Positions 37,774 through 45,213 of a stretch of DNA of 61,391 bases are shown piece after piece. The stretch is from a virus (taxonomy: Duplodnaviria > Caudoviricetes), in the IMG/VR virus record IMGVR_UViG_3300042866_000779, positions 1 to 61,391 of that record; one strand, 5' to 3'. Both the position numbers and the translations under genes were made by a program. Numbering within the stretch: the first letter of the stretch is position 1; each line of letters opens with the position of its first letter. A model generated the notes under the pieces. That model did no database searches, was not told the origin of the DNA, and worked only from the letters and a program-made list of their open reading frames with translations.

Positions 37774-38169
37774 ATGCACACGCCAAACATTCCGCAGAAA
37801 ACTCTCCCGCACCAGTTCATGGTGTGCGATGACGGCACCCTGAATAGGGTGGTCAAAGTCGATGGGGGGCTGTCGCTGGTGGAGGTCCGGGGGAATTACA
37901 AGCGGCACCACCGGGAAATCAAGACGGTGGCTGACCTGAAAGCCTGCCTGCGGGCTGGGAAATACGCATGGCCCGGTGGCTATGCCTGCTACTTCATCAC
38001 CTCTGACGGTGCAGTCCTGTCCTTTGAGGCAGTGCGGCGAGAGTTTGCGGTGGTCGCCTATGCGGTGAAGGCCCACCACAACAGCGGCTGGCGGGTGGTG
38101 GGGCTGGGATGCACCGCAGAGGATGACGAGGCCCCGGTCTGCGACCACACCGGCAAGGAAATCGACTGA
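37774..38169 (+). CDS. Phage hypothetical protein (YAWPGGY motif)
   Basis: GGAG SD; AWPGGY...DG...CDH motif. Confidence 0.75.
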   Translation: MHTPNIPQKTLPHQFMVCDDGTLNRVVKVDGGLSLVEVRGNYKRHHREIKTVADLKACLRAGKYAWPGGYACYFITSDGAVLSFEAVRREFAVVAYAVKAHHNSGWRVVGLGCTAEDDEAPVCDHTGKEID

Positions 38170-38239
38170 CGGCATCCAACCACCCCGCTCTGCGGAGCGG
38201 GGACATTGGGGATCGTTGGTTACACACACGAAAGGGGGC

Positions 38240-38437
38240 ATGGATTTTATGAACACGGGATCAGTGGTTTTTCTGGCCCTCTTGTTCGTCTGGTTTTTTG
38301 GCGACTGGTTCTATAGGGATGGGCTGGCAAACGGGTTTTACAACTTAGCCAGCTTTGGGTTTTGGGTTTTCTTTTTTGGCCCCCTCTGGTGGGTCGGATG
38401 GATTGCTGTAGCACACGCCATCATTCACACGTTTTGA
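38240..38437 (+). CDS. Small aromatic-rich membrane protein
   Basis: Two hydrophobic segments; AAAGGGGG SD; start 38240 or 38249. Confidence 0.6.
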   Translation: MDFMNTGSVVFLALLFVWFFGDWFYRDGLANGFYNLASFGFWVFFFGPLWWVGWIAVAHAIIHTF

Positions 38438-38458
38438 CACACACGAAAGGGATCGACC

Positions 38459-38851
38459 ATGAAATTCGACCGGAAATTCAACAAGTATGTTTGCGTTGGG
38501 GACACGATCAAGGCAGACATCACCGACAAGTTGCAACTCGTTGCCACTCTCGTCTTCGACGGCGACTGCAACCCGCAAAACGAGGGCTGGTATGACGAAG
38601 CCGACGTTGAGCGGTGGAAGAATGACGAGTGGCATTTCGTGGGGGTTGTGCTGTCCGTTCAATCGCACGACGGCACGATCAACAAACAACTCGGCTCCCT
38701 CTGGGGAAACGAGGCCAACCTCAGGGAAGACAACGACCACTTGACGGACGTTGCCAACGAGTTGATTGACGAGCGGGAAATCGTGGCCGCACTGCGGGAG
38801 ATTTACGAGCCCGTAACCCGGGCGATTAATACTCTCACACGCACAGCCTAA
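38459..38851 (+). CDS. Early hypothetical protein
   Basis: ACACACACGAAAGGGA leader. Confidence 0.75.
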   Translation: MKFDRKFNKYVCVGDTIKADITDKLQLVATLVFDGDCNPQNEGWYDEADVERWKNDEWHFVGVVLSVQSHDGTINKQLGSLWGNEANLREDNDHLTDVANELIDEREIVAALREIYEPVTRAINTLTRTA

Positions 38852-38874
38852 CGGAGTTAGGCACGAGCCTCTGG
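38846..38874 (+). promoter_or_regulatory. GGA-triloop hairpin + AGCCTCTGG element 5
   Basis: GCCTAAC-GGA-GTTAGGC-AC-GAGCCTCTGG. Confidence 0.85.
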
Positions 38875-38894
38875 TTGGTATCGGTTGGATGACG

Positions 38895-38926
38895 GCCCCG
38901 GCAATTTCGCCGGGGCTTTTCTTTTT
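38895..38926 (+). terminator. Terminator-like hairpin in the leader of ORF 38951
   Basis: GCCCCGGC-AATTTC-GCCGGGGC-TTTTCTTTTT. Confidence 0.6.
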
Positions 38927-38950
38927 CACACACACAAGGGGACCGCAACG

Positions 38951-39325
38951 ATGGCAAGCGACAACTACACCGAGAACATGGCCGACATTTTCGAGTGCCC
39001 CCGGGAAAGGCGGATGGTGCTGGAAATCCTGAAGGCATGGGAGTCCGGCGGGCTGCCGAAGGACTTCGATGACAGGGGCGTGAAGCTGGCGTTCAACCGC
39101 AGTAGCGGCAACGTCTTCCTCGTCAACGAGGAATATCAGGTGGCAATGGTGGAGGGGCTCTGTCTGGAGTCCTTCTACTCCAGCCCATACGAGGGCAAGG
39201 AGGGGTTCTTCACGGACCTGCTCTCCGAATACCCGGATATGCACCGCGAGGATCAGGAGTGGTTCCGCGACATCGCAGAGGCGACCGGCAAGGAGGACTT
39301 GCTGCCCGCCTTGGATGACGAGTGA
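38951..39325 (+). CDS. Acidic phage hypothetical protein
   Basis: FNRSSGNVFLVNEEYQVAM motif; stop just before hammerhead 3. Confidence 0.75.
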   Translation: MASDNYTENMADIFECPRERRMVLEILKAWESGGLPKDFDDRGVKLAFNRSSGNVFLVNEEYQVAMVEGLCLESFYSSPYEGKEGFFTDLLSEYPDMHREDQEWFRDIAEATGKEDLLPALDDE

Positions 39326-39327
39326 CA

Positions 39328-39381
39328 GGGCGAAACCCGGGGCAACCCGGGTCTGGCAGTGACGCTGCCACTGATGAGCCC
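39328..39381 (+). ncRNA. Type II hammerhead ribozyme 3 (predicted cleavage after C39353)
   Basis: GGGC-GAAA-CCCGGG(GCAA)CCCGGG-TC-TGGCAG(TGACG)CTGCCA-CTGATGA-GCCC. Confidence 0.94.
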
Positions 39382-39400
39382 ATTACACAAGAGGTGACCG

Positions 39401-39646
39401 ATGACGAACGAGGACAAAGCCAAGCTGTTCCGCATCGTGCGGGACCGACTGAACTGCGGGAAGGTTTGGGGCAAGCGGAAGCACGTTGAGTCCGCGATCT
39501 TCGACGCCCACAACGGCAGGCCCGATGGGTTGCTGGTGACCAACGAGAATATGTACCTGTTCCGGCAGTACCGGAACGGGGTGTCGCCGTCGCCTGCCAA
39601 GCTGGTGAACGAGGCACTGGCATGGAAGGAAGGAGGTGCAGCATGA
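39401..39646 (+). CDS. Early hypothetical protein
   Basis: GAGGTG SD. Confidence 0.7.
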   Translation: MTNEDKAKLFRIVRDRLNCGKVWGKRKHVESAIFDAHNGRPDGLLVTNENMYLFRQYRNGVSPSPAKLVNEALAWKEGGAA

Positions 39647-40104
39647 AGCGGTATCAGGTGCGGTTCCACCTTGGGAAAGGTGAGAACCACGGGAAATGGC
39701 AGGTTAAGAGCATGGCAGGGGTGCGGTACTACGATCCCGCTGCCGTGAGCCTGACCCTGTTGGATTGCCAACTGCGGAATCAACCCGCGACGGCAAAGAA
39801 GGTCTATGAAGGTGCGAACAAGTCGGTCTGTGCGTGGATCGACTGCAATGAGGTGCTGGTCGAGGGGCCAAGCACCCCGACAGGATTGCCGGTGTCCTAC
39901 AACCCCCGGATTGCACCGCACTGGCGGAGCTTTTGCGGGGAGAACATCGACGGCAAGGGGTTCAACTTGCTGCGGTCCAACTGGATTCAGCTTGTCTACA
40001 CGGGAGAGCGGACGATCACGGTCGGCGGTCTGGTGCAGCTTGCACCACCGGCTGATGAGCGGGAGGAAGAACTGCGGATGACCCGCATGAGGAGGGAGCG
40101 ATGA
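39643..40104 (+). CDS. Early hypothetical protein
   Basis: AGGAGGT SD; ATGA overlap. Confidence 0.75.
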   Translation: MKRYQVRFHLGKGENHGKWQVKSMAGVRYYDPAAVSLTLLDCQLRNQPATAKKVYEGANKSVCAWIDCNEVLVEGPSTPTGLPVSYNPRIAPHWRSFCGENIDGKGFNLLRSNWIQLVYTGERTITVGGLVQLAPPADEREEELRMTRMRRER

Positions 40105-40334
40105 GCCACACCACGACGATGATGGACATGACCCGGGGTGAGCTTTCCATCCTTGCCACCGCTCTTGAGAGAGAGTGGCAGCGGACTGGCAAGCTGTGGA
40201 CCGATGGTAACCGGGACGGTTGGTATGACGAGAAGGCGAAGGAGCGGGTGGCCGTCCACCTGCATGAGACTGAGCGGCTTTTCAACAAGGTCAACACACG
40301 CATCAAGGAGATTGACAATGGCAGTGCCACATGA
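40101..40334 (+). CDS. Hypothetical protein
   Basis: GGAG SD; ATGA overlap. Confidence 0.65.
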   Translation: MSHTTTMMDMTRGELSILATALEREWQRTGKLWTDGNRDGWYDEKAKERVAVHLHETERLFNKVNTRIKEIDNGSAT

Positions 40335-40596
40335 CAGACCCACGTTCGATCAGATCATGCACTCGCTCAAGGTTTCTGGCGAGTGCGGCGACGTTCTTTG
40401 CACCCATGCGGCAGAGGAAATTGAGCGGCTTCAGGCTTTGGCAGGGGCTGCCCCTGAGTTGCTGGCTGCGGCAAACGAACTGCTTGCCAACGCCACGCGG
40501 TTTGGGTTTGTGGGCGAGGATTACTCCGCACTGCCTGTCATTCATGAAGCAGTCGTGAGGCTGTCAAAGGCTTGCCGGAAGGCAGAAGGGGGGTGA
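40318..40596 (+). CDS. Hypothetical protein (AAPELLAA motif)
   Basis: AAGGAG SD. Confidence 0.7.
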   Translation: MAVPHDRPTFDQIMHSLKVSGECGDVLCTHAAEEIERLQALAGAAPELLAAANELLANATRFGFVGEDYSALPVIHEAVVRLSKACRKAEGG

Positions 40597-40621
40597 CGCA
40601 TGAACTGGTAACGCACACACG

Positions 40622-40650
40622 GCTCTTCGGAGAAGAGTTTTAGCCTCTGG
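40622..40650 (+). promoter_or_regulatory. GGA-triloop hairpin + AGCCTCTGG element 6
   Basis: GCTCTTC-GGA-GAAGAGT-TT-TAGCCTCTGG. Confidence 0.85.
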
Positions 40651-40660
40651 TTGGTATCTG

Positions 40661-40693
40661 ACCCCCGGCAATTTCGCTGGGGGTTTTCTTTTT
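40661..40693 (+). terminator. Terminator-like hairpin in the leader of ORF 40712
   Basis: ACCCCCGGC-AATTTC-GCTGGGGGT-TTTCTTTTT; near-copy of 38895. Confidence 0.6.
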
Positions 40694-40711
40694 GACACAA
40701 GGGGATTCGAC

Positions 40712-41125
40712 ATGGCGACGAGCGACATCATTTCGGCAGTGGCGGCTGGCCAGACTGTGACCAAGGCCAAGCGGGTTGGACGGGGCAAGGCTGCGGTCGA
40801 GGTGACCATCACCCGGACGGCACCTGAGGTGAAGGTGGTGGACGAGACAGTGAAGGAGGAGCCGGTCAGCTACAGCAACAAGCTGCCGGTGGACGAGGGC
40901 AAGGTGAGGACCGACATCCTCCCGGGCCTTGCTCTGATCCGGTACTCCCGGGGTTATTCGGTGCTGGAGCAGAAGGGAAAGACCTACAGCGGGGCGAAGA
41001 CCAAGCTGCGACGGGTGCTGTACCGCGAGGACCTGATTGCCACTGCCAACGCTTTGCTGGCCGAAGCGGAGGGGGCCCTGTCCTATGACGAGGCCCACGG
41101 CAATGCGGATGCCGTGCCCTTCTAG
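40712..41125 (+). CDS. Early hypothetical protein
   Basis: ACACAAGGGGA leader; stop abuts hammerhead 4. Confidence 0.75.
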   Translation: MATSDIISAVAAGQTVTKAKRVGRGKAAVEVTITRTAPEVKVVDETVKEEPVSYSNKLPVDEGKVRTDILPGLALIRYSRGYSVLEQKGKTYSGAKTKLRRVLYREDLIATANALLAEAEGALSYDEAHGNADAVPF

Positions 41126-41179
41126 TCCGAAACCGGGAGCCCTGCCCGGTCTGGCCGTGATGCGGCCACTGATGAGGAC
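41125..41179 (+). ncRNA. Type II hammerhead ribozyme 4 (predicted cleavage after C41151)
   Basis: GTCC-GAAA-CCGGG(AGCCCTG)CCCGG-TC-TGGCCG(TGATG)CGGCCA-CTGATGA-GGAC. Confidence 0.93.
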
Positions 41180-41201
41180 ACATTCACACAGGAGCCATTC
41201 A

Positions 41202-41819
41202 ATGGCAACGACAACGAGCATCTTGAGCGACACGATCATGGCACAGGCGAAGGCTTTCAAGGAGGCCCGGTCGCGGTTCGATGAGCAGTTCATGGACTGG
41301 TCCCGGGGCATCCCGCCTCTGGCACCGGAACACTTCTGGCCGATGGTCGATGAGTTCCGCAAGGTGGTGGTGGACACCAGCCGGTACGGGACTGGCCCGG
41401 TGGGTGAGGCGGCGGCGAATGAGTTCATCCGGCTGGCTGCGGTGAACGGCGGCGACATTGCTGCGGCTGTCCACTTCGCCCTGTCGTGGCGGCACTACAC
41501 CCGAAGGGCATCTGCCTGCGGCGACAAGTGCGAGTTCGACTGGATGCGTGGCGACGATAGCTACGGTGACCTGATGGATGCCCTGCCCCTTGCTGGCCAG
41601 CGTGTCAACGAAACGCTGGGGCTGGGCAAGTTCGATTCGCTGAACCACTTCAACAAAGAGGTGGGCAATGCCTGCGAATGGGCAGCGGAGGGTGAAGATC
41701 GCAGCAGGCTGAAGAAGATGGTGCTGTCTGGCGAGAGCTACTTCGCATCCTCTCTTGAGGAGGCAGCACAGAAGTGGGTGGTGATTGAGTCCCGCAACTA
41801 CGGAAAGGGAGGTGAGTGA
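41202..41819 (+). CDS. Early hypothetical protein
   Basis: AGGAG SD; ATG at 41202. Confidence 0.75.
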   Translation: MATTTSILSDTIMAQAKAFKEARSRFDEQFMDWSRGIPPLAPEHFWPMVDEFRKVVVDTSRYGTGPVGEAAANEFIRLAAVNGGDIAAAVHFALSWRHYTRRASACGDKCEFDWMRGDDSYGDLMDALPLAGQRVNETLGLGKFDSLNHFNKEVGNACEWAAEGEDRSRLKKMVLSGESYFASSLEEAAQKWVVIESRNYGKGGE

Positions 41820-42046
41820 TGGCCAAGAAGAAGCACCACCCCGACTACGATCCCGAAGTCGAGGCGGGTTCCGTGTACCTACAGAAAGAGGTGGCAGTGC
41901 AGTTGATGCTGGCGATTGGGTACTCGCTCAAGCACAACAAGGGGATGGACAAGCTGGACGAGCAGCGGTTGTTAGTGGCGGGGACAGTGATCAACAACGT
42001 GTTCGCATTGATTCCCCCACCCAAGAAGAAAGCGAGGAGCAAGTGA
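41819..42046 (+). CDS. Hypothetical protein
   Basis: GGAGGTG SD; TGATG overlap. Confidence 0.7.
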   Translation: MAKKKHHPDYDPEVEAGSVYLQKEVAVQLMLAIGYSLKHNKGMDKLDEQRLLVAGTVINNVFALIPPPKKKARSK

Positions 42047-42357
42047 GGACAACGATGACTCTGGTGCTGGCACTGGTAGCTGGCACCACGTTCGGTCAGT
42101 ACCCCTACGTCCAACCGGGATGGGGGTACTGGAACAAGGCGGAAGCCATGCGACAGCAAGCATGGCAGAACCAACAGTGGCAGCGGGATCAGTGGCAGCG
42201 TGAGCGTGACTACCTGTGGGGTGGTGACTCTCTCGACTACGGGCAGCGGGCAGCCAACCTTCGCAAGACAAAGGAGGAAGCGAGGTCGCTGCGATTGCAG
42301 AACGACAGGATGGAAAGCCAAGGCAACCCATACCTGAACAATCCGTTTGAACGATAG
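42043..42357 (+). CDS. Secreted Q/W-rich hypothetical protein
   Basis: Signal-like MTLVLALVAGTTFG; GAGGA SD. Confidence 0.6.
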   Translation: MRTTMTLVLALVAGTTFGQYPYVQPGWGYWNKAEAMRQQAWQNQQWQRDQWQRERDYLWGGDSLDYGQRAANLRKTKEEARSLRLQNDRMESQGNPYLNNPFER

Positions 42358-42358
42358 C

Positions 42359-42387
42359 TTGACGATGTACGCATGTATATGTAGACT
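42359..42387 (+). promoter_or_regulatory. Sigma-70-type promoter TTGACG-N17-TAGACT with an imperfect palindrome in the spacer
   Basis: Near-consensus -35/-10 with a 17 bp spacer; TGTAC-N4-GTATA at 42366-42379. Confidence 0.7.
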
Positions 42388-42397
42388 CACGGGCACA

Positions 42398-42426
42398 AGG
42401 TAACGGAGTTACCTCTAAGCCTCTGG
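42398..42426 (+). promoter_or_regulatory. GGA-triloop hairpin + AGCCTCTGG element 7
   Basis: AGGTAAC-GGA-GTTACCT-CT-AAGCCTCTGG. Confidence 0.85.
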
Positions 42427-42511
42427 TTAGTAGCAGCAACAACAAGGACAGACCCCGGCAGCCACTTCGGCTGACCGGGGTTTGTTCGTTTACCCCCAAA
42501 GGAAATGTGCA

Positions 42512-43381
42512 ATGACCCCCCTCAACGGTTCGATTGTCGAGCGTGTCCGTAACTTCTTCCCCGATGTGACCAAGCAGGTCTTGTACTCGGGTGACATGAA
42601 GCCGACTCCCCACATGGGCCTGTTCCGCAATGACACGGGAGCTTGCTTCGGTCCTGCGGTCAGTGCCAACTACGAGCTTCACACCACCGATGACATCTGT
42701 GCCTTGGTGGAGGCGAGTGAGCCAGTGCTGGGTGAGTGCGGCGACGTTCAGTTGGGCTTCAGAGATGGTCACTATGTGTCCATCCAGCCCACCAAGGACC
42801 ACCTGATTACCGTTCACAAGAACGACACGGTGTTCCCCCGGCTGATCGTCACGGCCCGGTACGGGCAGGCTTTCACCGCCACCATCGGGTTGTTCCGGGT
42901 GGTGTGCGGCAACCTCGCCATCTTCCAGAAGGTGGCGGGCACTTCGGTGCGGATCAGGCACACCTACTCCCTTCGCTCCAAGATGGAGGACCTCATTGAG
43001 GACTTCCACTCCCTGCGGAGCGGGGTGGGCAACCTTGAGGTAGCCATCAAGGAGATGGCTGACCGCAGGGTGCGGCTGGCTGACTTCCTTGACGGCATCT
43101 ACGGCACCCCGGACGAGGGTGCTACGGAGCGGTCGATCACCATGCACCGCAACCGGACGGAGCAGATTGTCCGGCGGCTGATGCGGGAGCAGGTGGCACT
43201 CGGTGAGCAGACCCAACTCAACGAGGTCAGTGCGTGGGCTGCGTTCAATGCGGTACAGGGATTCATCCAGCATGACTCCCGCCGCAAGGGCAAGCCGGGT
43301 GATTTCGACCGGGCCATCATGGCTCTGACGGACCCGAAGGTTCTTCAGGCCCAGCACTTGGCTCTGACGATGGCGGTCTAG
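42512..43381 (+). CDS. DUF932/DUF945-like phage/plasmid protein
   Basis: LFRNDTG..FG.VS.NY; LFRVVCGN; IRHT; SAWAAFNAVQGFIQH. Confidence 0.75.
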   Translation: MTPLNGSIVERVRNFFPDVTKQVLYSGDMKPTPHMGLFRNDTGACFGPAVSANYELHTTDDICALVEASEPVLGECGDVQLGFRDGHYVSIQPTKDHLITVHKNDTVFPRLIVTARYGQAFTATIGLFRVVCGNLAIFQKVAGTSVRIRHTYSLRSKMEDLIEDFHSLRSGVGNLEVAIKEMADRRVRLADFLDGIYGTPDEGATERSITMHRNRTEQIVRRLMREQVALGEQTQLNEVSAWAAFNAVQGFIQHDSRRKGKPGDFDRAIMALTDPKVLQAQHLALTMAV

Positions 43382-43453
43382 TTCATCGGGGGAAGGGGCG
43401 GCGGCTGGCTCGTTGCTGGTCGCCGCCCCGCCCTATTTCAAGGGAGATGAAAC

Positions 43454-43798
43454 ATGGCGAAGTATGAGTTCACCACTGCGGCTGGTAATCGCATTGTTGA
43501 GAAGTGCCTGACGCTTAACAAGGAGAAGTGCTTTGGCTGCATCCCGTATGAGTACGTCGATCAGTACCTGCGGGACGAGGACTATCGCAGTGAGTACGCA
43601 GTGACAAAGTTTGTGGAGTGGCTGAAGGTCAACTCCAAGAGCAGTTCGTCTGCTGTGAAAGTGCTGGGATTGGTGGCTTGCGGCATGGCAGACGAGTTAG
43701 TCCGCGACAAGAGCTTCATCGGCAATGTGGAATCCTTCCACGCTGCCATGACGCATCGGTTCGGAGTGCATGAATCCAACGTAGTGAAAGAGGGGTAG
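43454..43798 (+). CDS. Hypothetical protein
   Basis: GGGAG SD. Confidence 0.7.
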   Translation: MAKYEFTTAAGNRIVEKCLTLNKEKCFGCIPYEYVDQYLRDEDYRSEYAVTKFVEWLKVNSKSSSSAVKVLGLVACGMADELVRDKSFIGNVESFHAAMTHRFGVHESNVVKEG

Positions 43799-43803
43799 TA
43801 ACC

Positions 43804-44121
43804 ATGCAACCACTCATCAGGCTTGATAGCTACCGGGTTAGTGAGCGGGTTGTCCTTCGTAAGGGCACCCGGTTTCGTGCGACGGGAGGACCGCTGTTCC
43901 GGCTGGCCAGTGGGGAGGAGGTGAAATTGGGAGCGAAGGGTCCCTTCACCTTCCTCGCCTTCACCAAGCGTGGATCATGCGAGGTGATCGAAGCACTCGA
44001 CAAGGATGGATCGTTTGTGCCCATGCACATCAAGGGCAGAAGGAGAAAAGTGACCGGCGAGATTGTGACCAAACCGTACCAGATCAAAGGCACCATCAGA
44101 AAGAAAGGCAGAGTTCGATGA
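43804..44121 (+). CDS. Basic hypothetical protein
   Basis: GAGGGG SD. Confidence 0.7.
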   Translation: MQPLIRLDSYRVSERVVLRKGTRFRATGGPLFRLASGEEVKLGAKGPFTFLAFTKRGSCEVIEALDKDGSFVPMHIKGRRRKVTGEIVTKPYQIKGTIRKKGRVR

Positions 44122-44549
44122 TCGTCAGCAACACCCCCAAGGAGATGACCATGAGCGAGTTCGACAAGGAAGTCAGGGCCCTGCGTGGCACGGTCGAGGC
44201 CAAGTCCATACCCAAGCGGAAGGGACAATGCACCCCGGCGGAATGGGCCATGAATCTGGACTACCAGCTTGGGCAGGGGCGGATTCGGCGGCGGCGGGAG
44301 AGGCAGCGTCTGGCCCGTGCCAAGGCCAAGCGGGCTGTGGCCAAGCCGGTGGTGGTGAAGGTGCCCGCTGACAAGGCTGTGGCCAAGCCCAAGGCAAAGC
44401 CTGCCGATTCCCCGTCCGCAATAGCTGTGCTGGCTGCCTGTGCAGTGGACACCAACAGCCTTGTCCTGCTGAAGGTGGCGAAGACTTTGGCCGGTGACAA
44501 CAAGGATGTCATCGGGCTCCTGTCCCTGATCGAACAGTTGATGCTGTAA
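44118..44549 (+). CDS. Basic hypothetical protein
   Basis: ATGA overlap; alternative start after AAGGAG. Confidence 0.6.
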   Translation: MIVSNTPKEMTMSEFDKEVRALRGTVEAKSIPKRKGQCTPAEWAMNLDYQLGQGRIRRRRERQRLARAKAKRAVAKPVVVKVPADKAVAKPKAKPADSPSAIAVLAACAVDTNSLVLLKVAKTLAGDNKDVIGLLSLIEQLML

Positions 44550-44577
44550 CCCACACCCCCAGAGAAAGGAGTCGGCA

Positions 44578-44748
44578 ATGTACCTGCATCGCTATCGGGA
44601 AGGTCTGACCAAGGAAGAGTCGGAGGTTGTGCGCAAGCTGCGGCTCAAGGGCTATGCGATTGTTGTCCTCAAGGCGGGGGCACTGCAACGAGGGGCGGTG
44701 GAAGAGGCCATGCGGAAGGCCGCGAAAAGAAAGGAGGTGGTCACATGA
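44578..44748 (+). CDS. Small basic hypothetical protein (MYLHRYREGL..., 56 aa)
   Basis: Read manually; AAGGAG SD; ATGA overlap with the next ORF. Confidence 0.6.
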   Translation: MYLHRYREGLTKEESEVVRKLRLKGYAIVVLKAGALQRGAVEEAMRKAAKRKEVVT

Positions 44749-45005
44749 CCGCATTGATTGAACTGGCCTATGTAATCTACTGGTGCCGCTCGTTCTATCC
44801 TGCACTGGAGAGTGCGGAGGTGTACAAGCAGCGGCTGTGGGTTACAGCCGGGATGATCGCGGTCCTGTCGGTGGCCAACCACCTGTCCTCCAAGGAATTG
44901 GGGGCGGTGGTGTCTGGCTGGGCGATTGCCATTGAACTGGCGAGTGTGGTTCTCAACGTGATGAACCTTGACGATAGACTCTTTCCCCGGAAGGAAACCT
45001 ACTGA
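44745..45005 (+). CDS. Small membrane protein
   Basis: AGGAGGT SD; hydrophobic segments. Confidence 0.65.
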   Translation: MTALIELAYVIYWCRSFYPALESAEVYKQRLWVTAGMIAVLSVANHLSSKELGAVVSGWAIAIELASVVLNVMNLDDRLFPRKETY

Positions 45006-45211
45006 TGGAACATGACCCATACGATGAGCATCGCAGCCTGCCCAAGGTGGATTACGCCAGCCTTGAGTACCGGCTGTACCGGCTGGCATCAGCCTGTTAC
45101 GCCTACCTCGACGCGAACGATCCCAAGCAGGCGAGGCTCAAGCAACTGTGCAATGACCTGCCTCAGGAGTACGAGGAACGATCCATGCGAAACCACAAGG
45201 AGCGCAACTGA
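45005..45211 (+). CDS. Hypothetical protein
   Basis: TGATG overlap. Confidence 0.6.
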   Translation: MEHDPYDEHRSLPKVDYASLEYRLYRLASACYAYLDANDPKQARLKQLCNDLPQEYEERSMRNHKERN

Positions 45212-45213
45212 CC

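Noticed and set aside
35793-42426. Repeats as a CRISPR array or integron attC sites
   Set aside because: Spacing is irregular and gene-sized; no cas genes; no RYYYAAC/GTTRRRY long imperfect palindromes of attC size; the recombinase lacks obvious IntI features
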